The position numbers were made by a program, and so were the translations under genes. A stretch of DNA of 58,132 nucleotides from Candidatus Saccharimonadota bacterium (GTDB lineage: Bacteria; Patescibacteriota; Saccharimonadia; Saccharimonadales; OFTM59). This document shows positions 17,196 to 26,517 of the stretch, piece by piece. The DNA lies in the NCBI GenBank assembly GCA_029260855.1, contig JAJDCK010000002.1:1-58132 (forward strand), read 5' to 3'. Each line of letters opens with the position of its first letter. Within the stretch, counting starts at the first letter, position 1. Below the pieces are notes generated by a model. It did not search any database. It was given only the letters and a program-made list of their open reading frames with translations, and was not told where the DNA came from.

Positions 17196-18314
17196 TTATT
17201 TTATCTTAACACTACTAATTTGCGCTATTGATTTAGCATCTTGCAGCTCAATATCTATGATCATATCCTTTTTCAGCTGAGCCCCCGATCGTATGAGCTT
17301 GCCTCCCTGCCTTAATATAGCGTAGCCACGTGTTAGCGCTGATGCGGGGTTGAACGCAGCAAGCAGATGTTTTTTAAGGTCTAATCGGGTAGATATAGCG
17401 TCCAGCTGGCGAGTCATGGTGTCATTTAGGAGGCTTGTGTAATCTGTACGTTCCCGGCGTTTTTCACTTAGCAACTCCTCTACTGTTCGTGTCATAACAG
17501 CTTGGGTCTGTGGTAAACGCTCAATAATCTCTGCCTTGTCTGGTACGAGCATCTCGGCCGCATTGCTGGGCGTGCTGGCGCGCAAGTCAGCGGCCAGCTC
17601 AGCTAGGGTAACGTCCACCTCGTGACCGATTGCTGCCAGAGTCGGAATACGGCTGCCGGCAACCGCTCGCGTAACCTGCTCCGTACTAAAGGCCCCGAGA
17701 TCTTCTGCGCTACCACCGCCACGTATAATCACCAACACATCAACTGGCTCGGCGTGGCTATTAAAATACTCGATCGCCCGCACAATCTGCCCAGGTGCTG
17801 GCTCCCCTTGCACCTGCACGTCAGCCAACACGACCTCAATTCCACCCCAACGCGTGTTTATAATTTTTACAAAGTCTCCGTATGCAGCAGACTCTCCTGA
17901 TGTAATAAGACCGACCCGCTGGGGAGGAAATGGCAATAGACGCTTGCGACCAGCGTCAAACAAGCCTTCGGCAACAAGCTTGCTTTCCAGCAAGGTTGCC
18001 GCGCGCCTAAGTGAGCCGTCTCCCACTGGCCGCATAGATTGCACACCAACACTAAAACCATATTGCGGATGCAGCCTAGGAACCCCTTTGACCTGCACCA
18101 TTAGTCCGTCTTCTAGCGGTCCTGGCAGTTGGTAAACTGTGCCGAAGAATTTTACGCTAGCGTACTCATCCTTCAGGTCAAAATACACCCACTTGCTCTT
18201 GCTAACACGAAGGTTCGCTAGCTCGCCCACAATAGACACGCCCGGATACGCAAACTCAAATGTCTGGTTTAGAGAAGCGACAAAATCCGCCGGGGAAAAA
18301 ACAACCTCTTGCAT
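17196..18314 (-). CDS. xseA: Exodeoxyribonuclease VII large subunit
   Basis: GELAN...YFDLKD, VGLITS, VQVQGE.A, IIRGGGSAEDL.F, AIGHEVD.TLA...AD.RASTPS.AAE. Confidence 0.96.
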   Translation of the reverse strand: MQEVVFSPADFVASLNQTFEFAYPGVSIVGELANLRVSKSKWVYFDLKDEYASVKFFGTVYQLPGPLEDGLMVQVKGVPRLHPQYGFSVGVQSMRPVGDGSLRRAATLLESKLVAEGLFDAGRKRLLPFPPQRVGLITSGESAAYGDFVKIINTRWGGIEVVLADVQVQGEPAPGQIVRAIEYFNSHAEPVDVLVIIRGGGSAEDLGAFSTEQVTRAVAGSRIPTLAAIGHEVDVTLAELAADLRASTPSNAAEMLVPDKAEIIERLPQTQAVMTRTVEELLSEKRRERTDYTSLLNDTMTRQLDAISTRLDLKKHLLAAFNPASALTRGYAILRQGGKLIRSGAQLKKDMIIDIELQDAKSIAQISSVKIK

Positions 18315-18364
18315 ACAATAACTTTATCACTAATCTTTTAAATGCAGCTGCATGGTCCCGTTTT

Positions 18365-19411
18365 TTATTTTTCTGAGTGTGGGTTTTCGTAGTGCAAGGC
18401 TTTTTGATAAAAGTAGTAGCCGACTGGCAGTTGCACGCTCATACTCACAACCCTAAACGCTATTACGATTGGCAAACTCACACCCGGGTGTACTCCGGCA
18501 GCGGCAAAAACAGCCGTCATCAGCCCTTCATAAATCCCGATTCCGCCAGGTAGAATAGACATAATACCTGCAAAATTAGCCACCGCGTACGCGATAATTA
18601 TAGAACCAGGGTTTACGAACTGCCCGAAAGCGACGAACACCGCAAAAACTGCAGTAATTTCACTAATATTAGCGAGCAGCGCGAACCGGAGCGGAGACCT
18701 TAGATCAGCAACATGCCGCCTAATCAAACGATAATTTTCGTGCAGCTCCCTGAACACCCGCTGCACCCGGTTGATATTGATAGTTTCCGGGTGACGTGGT
18801 CTGACAATCTTGATAATACGGTTTAAAATCCTGGTTAAGCCAGTAAAGAAAGCGTTCAGCCTGGACTCGTTACTGATAACGAACAGGACCATGAGCGTAC
18901 CGGTCAAAAGCAGAGTCGCCAGCGAGCCAGCAATCATCATAACGAACGCGCTCACCTGCCCACTAAAAGACAGCAACAACAAACCAAGGGCTAGTAATAC
19001 CTGAAAAGACACAAACAACAGCGCAAAGCGCATAATCTGCACCAAAGTCGCCTTGCCCACAGAAACACCTTCGTTCTTCAGACGAATACTTAAATACGAG
19101 AATCCGCTCACACCGGCTGTCGGAAACACATTGTTCACGAAATTCATTTCTAAACTAAGCCTCATCATTGACCTTGTACGGAAGCGGTTACCAAGAATCC
19201 TAAACACCGATTGGTACATCTTCCCTTGAGAAAAATGGTTTAAAGCCGACAGTGGTACGATCAGCAATACCGGCCACGGGTTTGCGGTCTGTAGATTTTT
19301 TAGGGTCTGAAAGATCTGTTCACGAAGCGCATAGCCGGTAAGCACCAGGGCACCAAAAGTGACTAGTGTGAGCAGTATTTTCCAGCGACTGCGCTTTATC
19401 TTATCTACCAT
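18365..19411 (-). CDS. Lysylphosphatidylglycerol synthase TM-region (UPF0104, flippase-like) membrane protein
   Basis: NNVFPTAGVSG, multiple TM helices, LPGGIGIYEG, FRVVS. Confidence 0.85.
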   Translation of the reverse strand: MVDKIKRSRWKILLTLVTFGALVLTGYALREQIFQTLKNLQTANPWPVLLIVPLSALNHFSQGKMYQSVFRILGNRFRTRSMMRLSLEMNFVNNVFPTAGVSGFSYLSIRLKNEGVSVGKATLVQIMRFALLFVSFQVLLALGLLLLSFSGQVSAFVMMIAGSLATLLLTGTLMVLFVISNESRLNAFFTGLTRILNRIIKIVRPRHPETININRVQRVFRELHENYRLIRRHVADLRSPLRFALLANISEITAVFAVFVAFGQFVNPGSIIIAYAVANFAGIMSILPGGIGIYEGLMTAVFAAAGVHPGVSLPIVIAFRVVSMSVQLPVGYYFYQKALHYENPHSEK

Positions 19412-19488
19412 TTACAGCCATTATAGCCTAAAGACCGCTTCTGCATTAAATCTCTGCACGGGGTAATAAACCCGCTATACTTAATGGC

Positions 19489-20679
19489 ATGAGTAAATCT
19501 ATATGTATATTGGGGCGCCAGCCCCTTCTGGGGTTGGTTGAACTAGAAAGTTTATTTGGCCCCGATAAGGTGCGTGCGGTTGGCCAGGCAGCAGAGGTTG
19601 ATACCGATGACCGAATTGTGCCCCTAGACAGACTAGGTGGCACACAGAAAATCTGTAAACTCCTCGCCTATCTCCCTTATAACAACTGGAGACAACTAGA
19701 AAAGCACTTGATTGAAAATGTGCCTCAGCATTTAGATTTTCTGCCTGACGGAAAACTCAAATTGGGCTTGAGCGTCCACGGGTTCAACGTAACCCCCAGA
19801 CAAATCAATGCGTCAGGCCTGGCGCTCAAAAAGAGCATCAAAGCTTCTGGACGATCAGTGCGCATCGTGCCTAACACTACTGCTGCGCTGAGTACTGCTC
19901 AAACAATCCACAACAACATGACCGGGCCCCTCGGCATGGAGCTAGTGCTGATAGCTGATGGTGGACAAACAGTGTTAGCACAGGTGATTGCGGTGCAGAA
20001 CATTGCAGCCTACGCGGCTCGTGACCAAGCCAGGCCCAAGCGTGATGCGCGTGTGGGCATGTTGCCACCAAAGCTTGCTCAAATAATAGTCAATCTTGCT
20101 ATCGGCAGGATTAAGGAGACGACAAACAACTCTACTAAACCTCACCCCTTAACCGTGCTAGATCCGTTCTGCGGGACTGGGGTTATCTTGCAGGAAGCAG
20201 CACTTATGGGATGCAATGTATACGGCACCGACCTAGAACCCCGTATGGTTGAATATTCAGAAGCTAATCTAGACTGGCTTGGGGCGAGGACTATCAAACA
20301 ACTGCTCCGCGTGGGCGATGCAACTTCGACGCAGTGGGAAGAACCGTTTAGTGTGATTGCATCAGAGACATATCTCGGACGGCCTTTCTCTGCCGAACCT
20401 TCTATAGAAGTACTGCACGGTGTGATGCAAGACGTAGACACCATCTTGCGCAAATTTCTCCGAAATCTTGCAGGCCAAACTTCGCCCGGCTTCCGACTTT
20501 GTCTGGCTGTCCCCGCCTGGAAGACCCCGCAAGGCTTCAAACACCTTAAAGCGCTTGATTCTCTTGATGAAATCGGTTATACTCGTCAGAGTTTTGTTCA
20601 TGCCAATGAACGGGAGTTGGTCTATCACAGGCCAAACCAGATCGTTGGCCGTGAACTAGTCGTTTTACAACGTAAATAA
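19489..20679 (+). CDS. Trm11/TrmG10-like RNA methyltransferase
   Basis: ILGRQP.L...EL N-terminus, RD...P.RD..VGMLPPKLAQI, motif I VLDPFCGTGVIL, motif IV variant SETYLG. Confidence 0.8.
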   Translation: MSKSICILGRQPLLGLVELESLFGPDKVRAVGQAAEVDTDDRIVPLDRLGGTQKICKLLAYLPYNNWRQLEKHLIENVPQHLDFLPDGKLKLGLSVHGFNVTPRQINASGLALKKSIKASGRSVRIVPNTTAALSTAQTIHNNMTGPLGMELVLIADGGQTVLAQVIAVQNIAAYAARDQARPKRDARVGMLPPKLAQIIVNLAIGRIKETTNNSTKPHPLTVLDPFCGTGVILQEAALMGCNVYGTDLEPRMVEYSEANLDWLGARTIKQLLRVGDATSTQWEEPFSVIASETYLGRPFSAEPSIEVLHGVMQDVDTILRKFLRNLAGQTSPGFRLCLAVPAWKTPQGFKHLKALDSLDEIGYTRQSFVHANERELVYHRPNQIVGRELVVLQRK

Positions 20680-20685
20680 GACATC

Positions 20686-20805
20686 CAACGCGAAAGTCGC
20701 CCTTAGGTACGTGCAGTACAGGGCGAGACAGAGCAACGGAGCAAGCCGTACATTGAGGTACGGCGCGCGAGTAGCGCAGGTATCAACGCAGTAATGTGCG
20801 TACAT
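20686..20805. repeat. Intergenic palindromic element (REP/PATE-like or structured leader) upstream of rpmA
   Basis: Hairpins TCGCCCT..GTAC-GTGCA-GTAC-AGGGCGA (20697-20726) and GCCGTAC-ATTGAG-GTACGGC (20745-20764). CAACG recurs at 20686, 20734 and 20784. Confidence 0.5.
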
Positions 20806-20816
20806 AGGAGTGACGT

Positions 20817-21089
20817 ATGTCACATGTCAAAGCAGGTGGTACTAGTAAAAACGTTAAGGATAGTCCGGGCCAACGACTCGGTGTTAAGCTATTTGGTGGC
20901 CAAAAGGTCCGAACCGGCCAGATTATCGTTCGCCAAACCGGTATGACTAAGCGCGGCGGCAAAGGTACATTCATGGGCCGTGATTTCACTATTCATGCTG
21001 AAAAAGACGGTATCGTCCGTTTTAACACTCGCAGATTCCGACTTTTTTCAGGCAAAACTACCGCCCGCACCGAAGTCACCGTTGAATAA
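20817..21089 (+). CDS. rpmA: 50S ribosomal protein L27 (short form)
   Basis: MSHVKAGGTSKNVKDSPGQRLGVK...GQIIVRQ...GRDFTIHA. SD AGGAG upstream. Confidence 0.97.
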   Translation: MSHVKAGGTSKNVKDSPGQRLGVKLFGGQKVRTGQIIVRQTGMTKRGGKGTFMGRDFTIHAEKDGIVRFNTRRFRLFSGKTTARTEVTVE

Positions 21090-21092
21090 ATT

Positions 21093-21674
21093 CTACGCTA
21101 CAAACTGATCTTTCATCTGATCCATCATCATGGCTTGGTTATCTATACTAGGGGTTACGGTCGCAGTCATGGCCAATACTGCTAACCTAAGACCATCAGC
21201 TGGTTGACCATTCATTTCTAGTTCAAACGCTTGATTTCCTGCCCACATAGTTTGCGAACTAATATAGCTGGCCAGTTCATTGAAATCAATGTCCTTACCA
21301 TGCTCAAAAATAAGTGCATAATACTTAGAAAATATAGTTAGCTCGCTGTTACTCAGACCACCATGTTGCTGAAGATACATAGAATAATCGTCTCGTTCAG
21401 CTCTGCTAGATGCCGCACCCATCGCGGCCGCCGAACCAGCTACAATAACACCGCGGTTTTGAGTATCCGTAAGATCAAGTGACGCAACATAATTCATAAA
21501 AGCGTTCGCTTGCCTGCCTTGTTCTGTTTTTTCATGATAACCATATGGCCCGCGCCCCTTAGTGTTCGCCACAAACTGAAAATGCTGGCTTAAAACCGCA
21601 TATTGATCCGATTTAATTTTATATTCGGAGTTTTGAGGGCCTTGTGGTGGTTTTGCTCTTTCGCCGTTTGTCAT
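21093..21674 (-). CDS. Hypothetical protein
   Basis: 193-aa ORF with a clean upstream promoter. No family recognised. Confidence 0.65.
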   Translation of the reverse strand: MTNGERAKPPQGPQNSEYKIKSDQYAVLSQHFQFVANTKGRGPYGYHEKTEQGRQANAFMNYVASLDLTDTQNRGVIVAGSAAAMGAASSRAERDDYSMYLQQHGGLSNSELTIFSKYYALIFEHGKDIDFNELASYISSQTMWAGNQAFELEMNGQPADGLRLAVLAMTATVTPSIDNQAMMMDQMKDQFVA

Positions 21675-21702
21675 TTTTATTTCTACAATTATTAACTACA
21701 CG

Positions 21703-21731
21703 ATAATAGCATAAGCTTTGTTAAAAGTCAA
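21703..21731 (-). promoter_or_regulatory. Sigma70-type promoter of the 21674 gene
   Basis: TTGACT (21731-21726), 17 nt, TGc-TATTAT (21708-21703). Confidence 0.75.
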
Positions 21732-21749
21732 TGCCATGGCGTCTGTTAT

Positions 21750-22180
21750 CTAGGCTACGTTCAGATGCTGTTTGATTTTGTCTACTACGTCCGCAATCAC
21801 AACTTGTGATTTTACTAGGTAATCGTCAACGCCTAGTGAACTCGCTCGTTCGCGGTCGGCTTCTTGGCTCAGTGCGGTAAGCATGATTACTTTGATATTG
21901 GCCGTCTCTGGAGTGTTACGTATTATATCAAGCACATCAAACCCGCTGACCTTAGGCATCATGACATCCAGGAGTATCAAATCGGGCTTGAATTCCAGGG
22001 CAGCAGCCAGGGCGTCTTCACCATTGGGTACTCGGCGAACTACAAAGTTTTCGGCCTGTAGGCGTATTGTATAAACACTGGCCAAGCCATTATCGTCCTC
22101 AACTAATAGAATTTTCTTTGGTTGCGGTTGGGGTTCTCTGAAGGCTTAACTTGATGTTTGTCGTTATTCATCATGCTCAT
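21750..22180 (-). pseudogene. Single-domain response regulator split by an apparent 1-nt frameshift (or sequence error)
   Basis: The ATG 22180 frame stops at 22103. The -1 frame carries KKILLVEDD...LILLDVMMP...MLTAL...YLVK but has TAA at 22148-22146 and no ATG before beta1. Confidence 0.65.
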
Positions 22181-22181
22181 G

Positions 22182-23804
22182 CTAAGGGTTTTGGGGCTTT
22201 TTTGCAACAAGAGCCCTTATAAATCCGCTGAACATAGGGTGCGGACGGTTCGGTCGGGACTTAAACTCTGGATGAAATTGACTCGCCAAGAAAAATGGGT
22301 GGTTAATCGCTTCAATCATTTCTATCAGCGCCCCGTCGGGGCTTATGCCCGAAGCTCTGAGACCCCAAGCCTCATAGATGTCACGGTAGCTATTATTGCA
22401 CTCGTATCTGTGACGATGGCGTTCCGTGGTCCTTTTAGACCCGTATACTTTTTCTGCCAAGCTTCCCTTTTGAATGTCGCACGGATAGTTGCCAAGCCGC
22501 ATAGTACCACCGGTGTTTTCTTTGCCTTTTTGTCCGTCCATTGTACTGATAACCAAATCGTTACTTGATACATCTAATTCGGCTGATGTAGCGTGGATAA
22601 GACCGCCGTTGCGAGCGGCTGCGATTACGGCCATCTGTAGGCCTAAACACAGTCCCAAATATGGTAGACCGGTTTTAAGTGCGTATTGAGCGGCTTTGAT
22701 CTTGCCTTCAAGCGCCCTCGTACCAAAACCTCCTGGCACTACAATACCGTCCACATCGCCTAGAACGTCCTCTATCAAAATATCACCACTTTCTATTGCT
22801 TCAGCATCTATCCATTTGATTTCTGCTGAAACGTTGCTCCACATAGCCGCTGAACGCAAAGCTTCAAATACCGACATATAAGTGTCTTGGTTGTCCATAT
22901 ACTTAGCTACAACCCCGACGCAAACTTTGTTCGAATATTGTGTTTTTGCACGCTTTACCATTGAGCGCCAGTCCTTAAGTTCCGGTTTGGATATCTTAAG
23001 GTTTAAGCGTTCGGCTATAACCCCCGCGATACCGCTGTCTTCAAGTGTCAAGGGAACTTCGTAAATGCTTTGGGCGTTAGGGAGAAGCACTATTGCCTCT
23101 GCCGGGATGCCGCTGAATAAACTGAGTTTGCTGATGGTAGATTTTGGCGCCTGTTGTTCGCTTCTGGCTGCAAGCACATCTGGCACAATACCTAGCGCCC
23201 TGAGTTCACGCACTGCATTCTGGGCCGGCTTGGTTTTAAACTCGGCACTAGCCCCCAAATAAGGCACGTAAACTACATGCACGAATAAACAATTACCTCG
23301 CCCAACAACAAATGGCAGTTCACGGATCGCCTCCAAGAAGCTTAGGCTCTCGTAGTCACCAACCGTGCCACCGATTTCTACAATATGCACATCGTAACTG
23401 TTTCCCGCGGCAATAATCTCTTTCTGGATTGCCTGAATAACGTGAGGGATAATCTGTACGGTCTTGCCAAGATACTTACCGGCGCGCTCGTCTTCTATGA
23501 CCTTACGCAAAACCCGTCCGCTCATCAGCGAGCTGGCCTGAACAAGCTCTTGGTCCATAAAGCGCTCGTAATGGCCAAGGTCAAGGTCGGTTTCAGCTCC
23601 GTCCTTGGTGACAAAGCATTCACCATGTTCTGCGGGGTTGAGCAGCCCTGCATCGGTATTAAGGTAGGGATCACACTTTTGGATGTTTACGCTTAGTCCA
23701 CGGGCTTTAAGAGTATGCCCGATTGAGGCGGCCGTGATACCCTTCCCGAGCCCGGAAAGCACACCACCAGTAACAAACACATACTTAGTAGGCCGCTTAG
23801 CCAC
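22182..23804 (-). CDS. pyrG: CTP synthase
   Basis: KYVFVTGGVLSGLGKGITAAS, ETDLDLGHYERF, GLCLG, ERHRHRYE, QFHPEF. GTG 23804 with SD AGAGAGGT is preferred. Confidence 0.97.
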   Translation of the reverse strand: MAKRPTKYVFVTGGVLSGLGKGITAASIGHTLKARGLSVNIQKCDPYLNTDAGLLNPAEHGECFVTKDGAETDLDLGHYERFMDQELVQASSLMSGRVLRKVIEDERAGKYLGKTVQIIPHVIQAIQKEIIAAGNSYDVHIVEIGGTVGDYESLSFLEAIRELPFVVGRGNCLFVHVVYVPYLGASAEFKTKPAQNAVRELRALGIVPDVLAARSEQQAPKSTISKLSLFSGIPAEAIVLLPNAQSIYEVPLTLEDSGIAGVIAERLNLKISKPELKDWRSMVKRAKTQYSNKVCVGVVAKYMDNQDTYMSVFEALRSAAMWSNVSAEIKWIDAEAIESGDILIEDVLGDVDGIVVPGGFGTRALEGKIKAAQYALKTGLPYLGLCLGLQMAVIAAARNGGLIHATSAELDVSSNDLVISTMDGQKGKENTGGTMRLGNYPCDIQKGSLAEKVYGSKRTTERHRHRYECNNSYRDIYEAWGLRASGISPDGALIEMIEAINHPFFLASQFHPEFKSRPNRPHPMFSGFIRALVAKKPQNP

Positions 23805-23916
23805 TATAAACACCTCTCTTTATGAACCATACTCTAACATACGACTAACCGAACCTGAAGGATGATTTAGAAAAGTTTTTTCTGAAAGAGATATTGCGTC
23901 TGTTGTGTAGCGATTG

Positions 23917-25116
23917 TTATCTTTGTAAAAGTTCTAGGGCTTTGTCCTTTTGTGGGTCGCGATGGGCTGCATAGTCGTCGTTGGTGCGAGCAATCTTTTC
24001 GTCAGGCTCTATGCCTTCTTCGTCAATATTTTTACCGCTTGGGGTATACCAGCGCGCAATGGTTACTTTCAGAACTGTGTTGTCTTTGAAGTTTACTAGT
24101 TGCTGTACGCTGCCTTTACCGAAAGTAGTTTCACCAAGCAAACGCGCCAAGCCGTGATCTTTTAATGCACCTGCGGTAATCTCGCTAGCACTGGCGCTGC
24201 CTTCGTTAATAAGCACGATTGTTGGCGTACCGTTTAATATAGCTCCGGCATTTGCCCGAAACGTCTTGATTGTTTTACCGCCCCGTTTTTCTTCTAGTAC
24301 TGTTTCGCCTCTGTTGACCCACACTGCAGATAAATCTACTGAAGCGTCTAAGAGTCCGCCGGGATTATTACGGACATCCAGAATCACCCCCTTGACTGCT
24401 TTTTGTTTGAAGTCATTTGCTGCAGCCCGCGCCAGCTCGGCAGTGTCTTCGCCGAACCTACTGATTTTCATATAGCCGATGTTACCACTTAATATTTCTG
24501 AGGTTACACTAGGTATATTTATTTGTGCGCGAGTAATCTTAAACTCCAGTTCAGACGCCTGCCCTTCACGAATGATTGTCAGCGTGACCTTTGTGCCTTC
24601 CGGGCCACGGATCTTCTTGACCGCTTCTGAAACCGAAAGATCCAGCGCATTTTCGCCATCAATTTTAGTAATTATATCTTTTGCCCTCAACCCTGCTTTT
24701 TCGGCTGGAAATCCAGCGATTGGAGCAATTATGACTATGACTTCGTCTTCCTTGCTTAGCTCCGCGCCGATACCAGTAAAACTGCCTGTCAGTTGTTCGT
24801 CGAAGTCAGCAGATTCCTTGGCATCGAGATACTCTGTGTATGGATCTCCCGCGGCTTGAGCCAAGCCCTCTTTAAGCCCATCCAATAGGTCGTCAGCACT
24901 TAATTCTCCATCGTAGTTAGTGCGCAATGAATCATAGACTTGTTCAACCGACGCATAGTCCAGGTTTTCGGGCAAGTCGTTTTGCGAGGCTTGGTGGCGA
25001 CTTCTTAGGCTATTTGTTACCAGCCCTGAACTACCCGCTACATATCCAATATAAAATATCAAACAAGCTATGGCCAACCCGACTACAGGTTTAGAGAATA
25101 ATTCAAACTTTCGCAC
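23917..25116 (-). CDS. ctpA: Carboxy-terminal processing protease, S41 family with PDZ
   Basis: N-terminal TM, DPYTEYL, GIGAEL (PDZ), LDVRNNPGGLL, GSASASEI, TFGKGSVQ. Confidence 0.93.
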   Translation of the reverse strand: MRKFELFSKPVVGLAIACLIFYIGYVAGSSGLVTNSLRSRHQASQNDLPENLDYASVEQVYDSLRTNYDGELSADDLLDGLKEGLAQAAGDPYTEYLDAKESADFDEQLTGSFTGIGAELSKEDEVIVIIAPIAGFPAEKAGLRAKDIITKIDGENALDLSVSEAVKKIRGPEGTKVTLTIIREGQASELEFKITRAQINIPSVTSEILSGNIGYMKISRFGEDTAELARAAANDFKQKAVKGVILDVRNNPGGLLDASVDLSAVWVNRGETVLEEKRGGKTIKTFRANAGAILNGTPTIVLINEGSASASEITAGALKDHGLARLLGETTFGKGSVQQLVNFKDNTVLKVTIARWYTPSGKNIDEEGIEPDEKIARTNDDYAAHRDPQKDKALELLQR

Positions 25117-25231
25117 AGAAAAACCTCTCTATTTTGAATAACATATTCATTATCTCACACTGACGGTTATTATTGCCTACGGTCTGTGACAGTACTAAAA
25201 TTACAGCTTGTTTATAGGGTTCTCGGCTCCC

Positions 25232-26398
25232 CTAATAGGTTGAGTAGTTGCAGTGTGAATAACCCGAGCTAGGTGGAATCATATGAGCGTAAACACTAAA
25301 CGTACCGTCATTGTGCTGGATAACGACTGCGTAACCATATGCATTGGTACGATTAAAAAATGATGAGTCAGCCGAACATCCTCGTGAAATTATTTGGCCG
25401 TCAGCGACCGCTTTGACAGGCAGGCCTGCACCGCCGAAATCTATGCCAGGATGACGATCTGAGAGATATACCGGGTTATAGACGTTATACTGTTGCGTAA
25501 TCCTTACAGGGGTAACAGGATATATCCACCCGCCACCTTCAAGCTTAGAGTTAGGGTTAATCAACCCGCCGCCAGAGTTCCTTGCCTCTAAATGCAGGTG
25601 CGCGCCATCCGAGAAGCCCGTGTTACCCACGGTGCCTATTACATCGCCTGAGCTGACTGGGCCAAGGCTAACAAACACGCCACCCGCAAGACGTCTAGCA
25701 AGGGCGTTTTGGGCTGCTATTAATTCATTAATCTTCTTGTTGTTCTCTTTTATTTGGGAGTTGAAGGCCGCCTGTTCAGCTTGATTTAAATTAAGTAGTT
25801 TGTTCTGCTCTGCCCTTTGAGCGCCTATCTCTTGTTCAAGTTCTTTGTCTTCTTTGATAAGCTGTTCAATTTGTTCTCGCTGCTGCCTAAGCTGTAGTCT
25901 TAGAGCTGTGATCTTATCTACCTGGTCCTTTATCTTGTTCCTCACGACTTCGCGGTACTGCTGCTTGTCCACAAACTGACTTAGGTCCTTACTTGTTGCC
26001 AGCATTTCAATCATGCTTATTTGACCTTCTGTATACATGGCGCGTATGCTCTGCCCGAGAACATCTTTTTGTCTGACCAGTTCAATTTCAGCAAGTCTGA
26101 TCTCTTCTCTCAGCGCATTACTCTTGTTCTCGTTCTCGCGAATCTGAGCCTGTAATTGATTGATTCTGTCCTGAAGCTTATTTATGGCAGACTGTAGATC
26201 GCTCGCCCTTATGCGCAAAGCATCTACCAGAGCGTGGGAGTGAGCGTTTTCGTCCTTTAGTTGGTTTATCTGGTTCTGGTGAGTTTGGGCGCGCGCCAAC
26301 GGCATGACTAGCGCAGCAGCAAATCCAGCCACAACAAGCAAAACTATAAACTTTCTGGTTTGGCTTAAGATAGTGTTTTTATTTTTTTGTTTTAGCAT
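25232..26398 (-). CDS. Coiled-coil murein hydrolase (EnvC/PcsB-like) with circularly permuted M23 domain
   Basis: Signal peptide, long coiled coil, ISMIEML..SKDL, then GNTGFSDGAHLHLE before HPGID and YAHM. ATG 26398 is preferred because TTGATT-17-TACTAT overlaps the 26422 start. Confidence 0.85.
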   Translation of the reverse strand: MLKQKNKNTILSQTRKFIVLLVVAGFAAALVMPLARAQTHQNQINQLKDENAHSHALVDALRIRASDLQSAINKLQDRINQLQAQIRENENKSNALREEIRLAEIELVRQKDVLGQSIRAMYTEGQISMIEMLATSKDLSQFVDKQQYREVVRNKIKDQVDKITALRLQLRQQREQIEQLIKEDKELEQEIGAQRAEQNKLLNLNQAEQAAFNSQIKENNKKINELIAAQNALARRLAGGVFVSLGPVSSGDVIGTVGNTGFSDGAHLHLEARNSGGGLINPNSKLEGGGWIYPVTPVRITQQYNVYNPVYLSDRHPGIDFGGAGLPVKAVADGQIISRGCSADSSFFNRTNAYGYAVVIQHNDGTFSVYAHMIPPSSGYSHCNYSTY

Positions 26399-26517
26399 TA
26401 GCTTCTTAATAGTACCATGCATTGACTAGTAAATCAACCCCCCAGCAGTTATAAAATAGAGTTCAATCCTGCGCTCGTCCCTGCAAATGATTTGCGGTTG
26501 AGCGAATTGCACACTGT

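Noticed and set aside
26465-26510. c-di-GMP-I riboswitch (GCAAA...GGGACG on the minus strand)
   Set aside because: Lacks the GNRA tetraloop/receptor and P1 architecture. Only a simple hairpin is supported.
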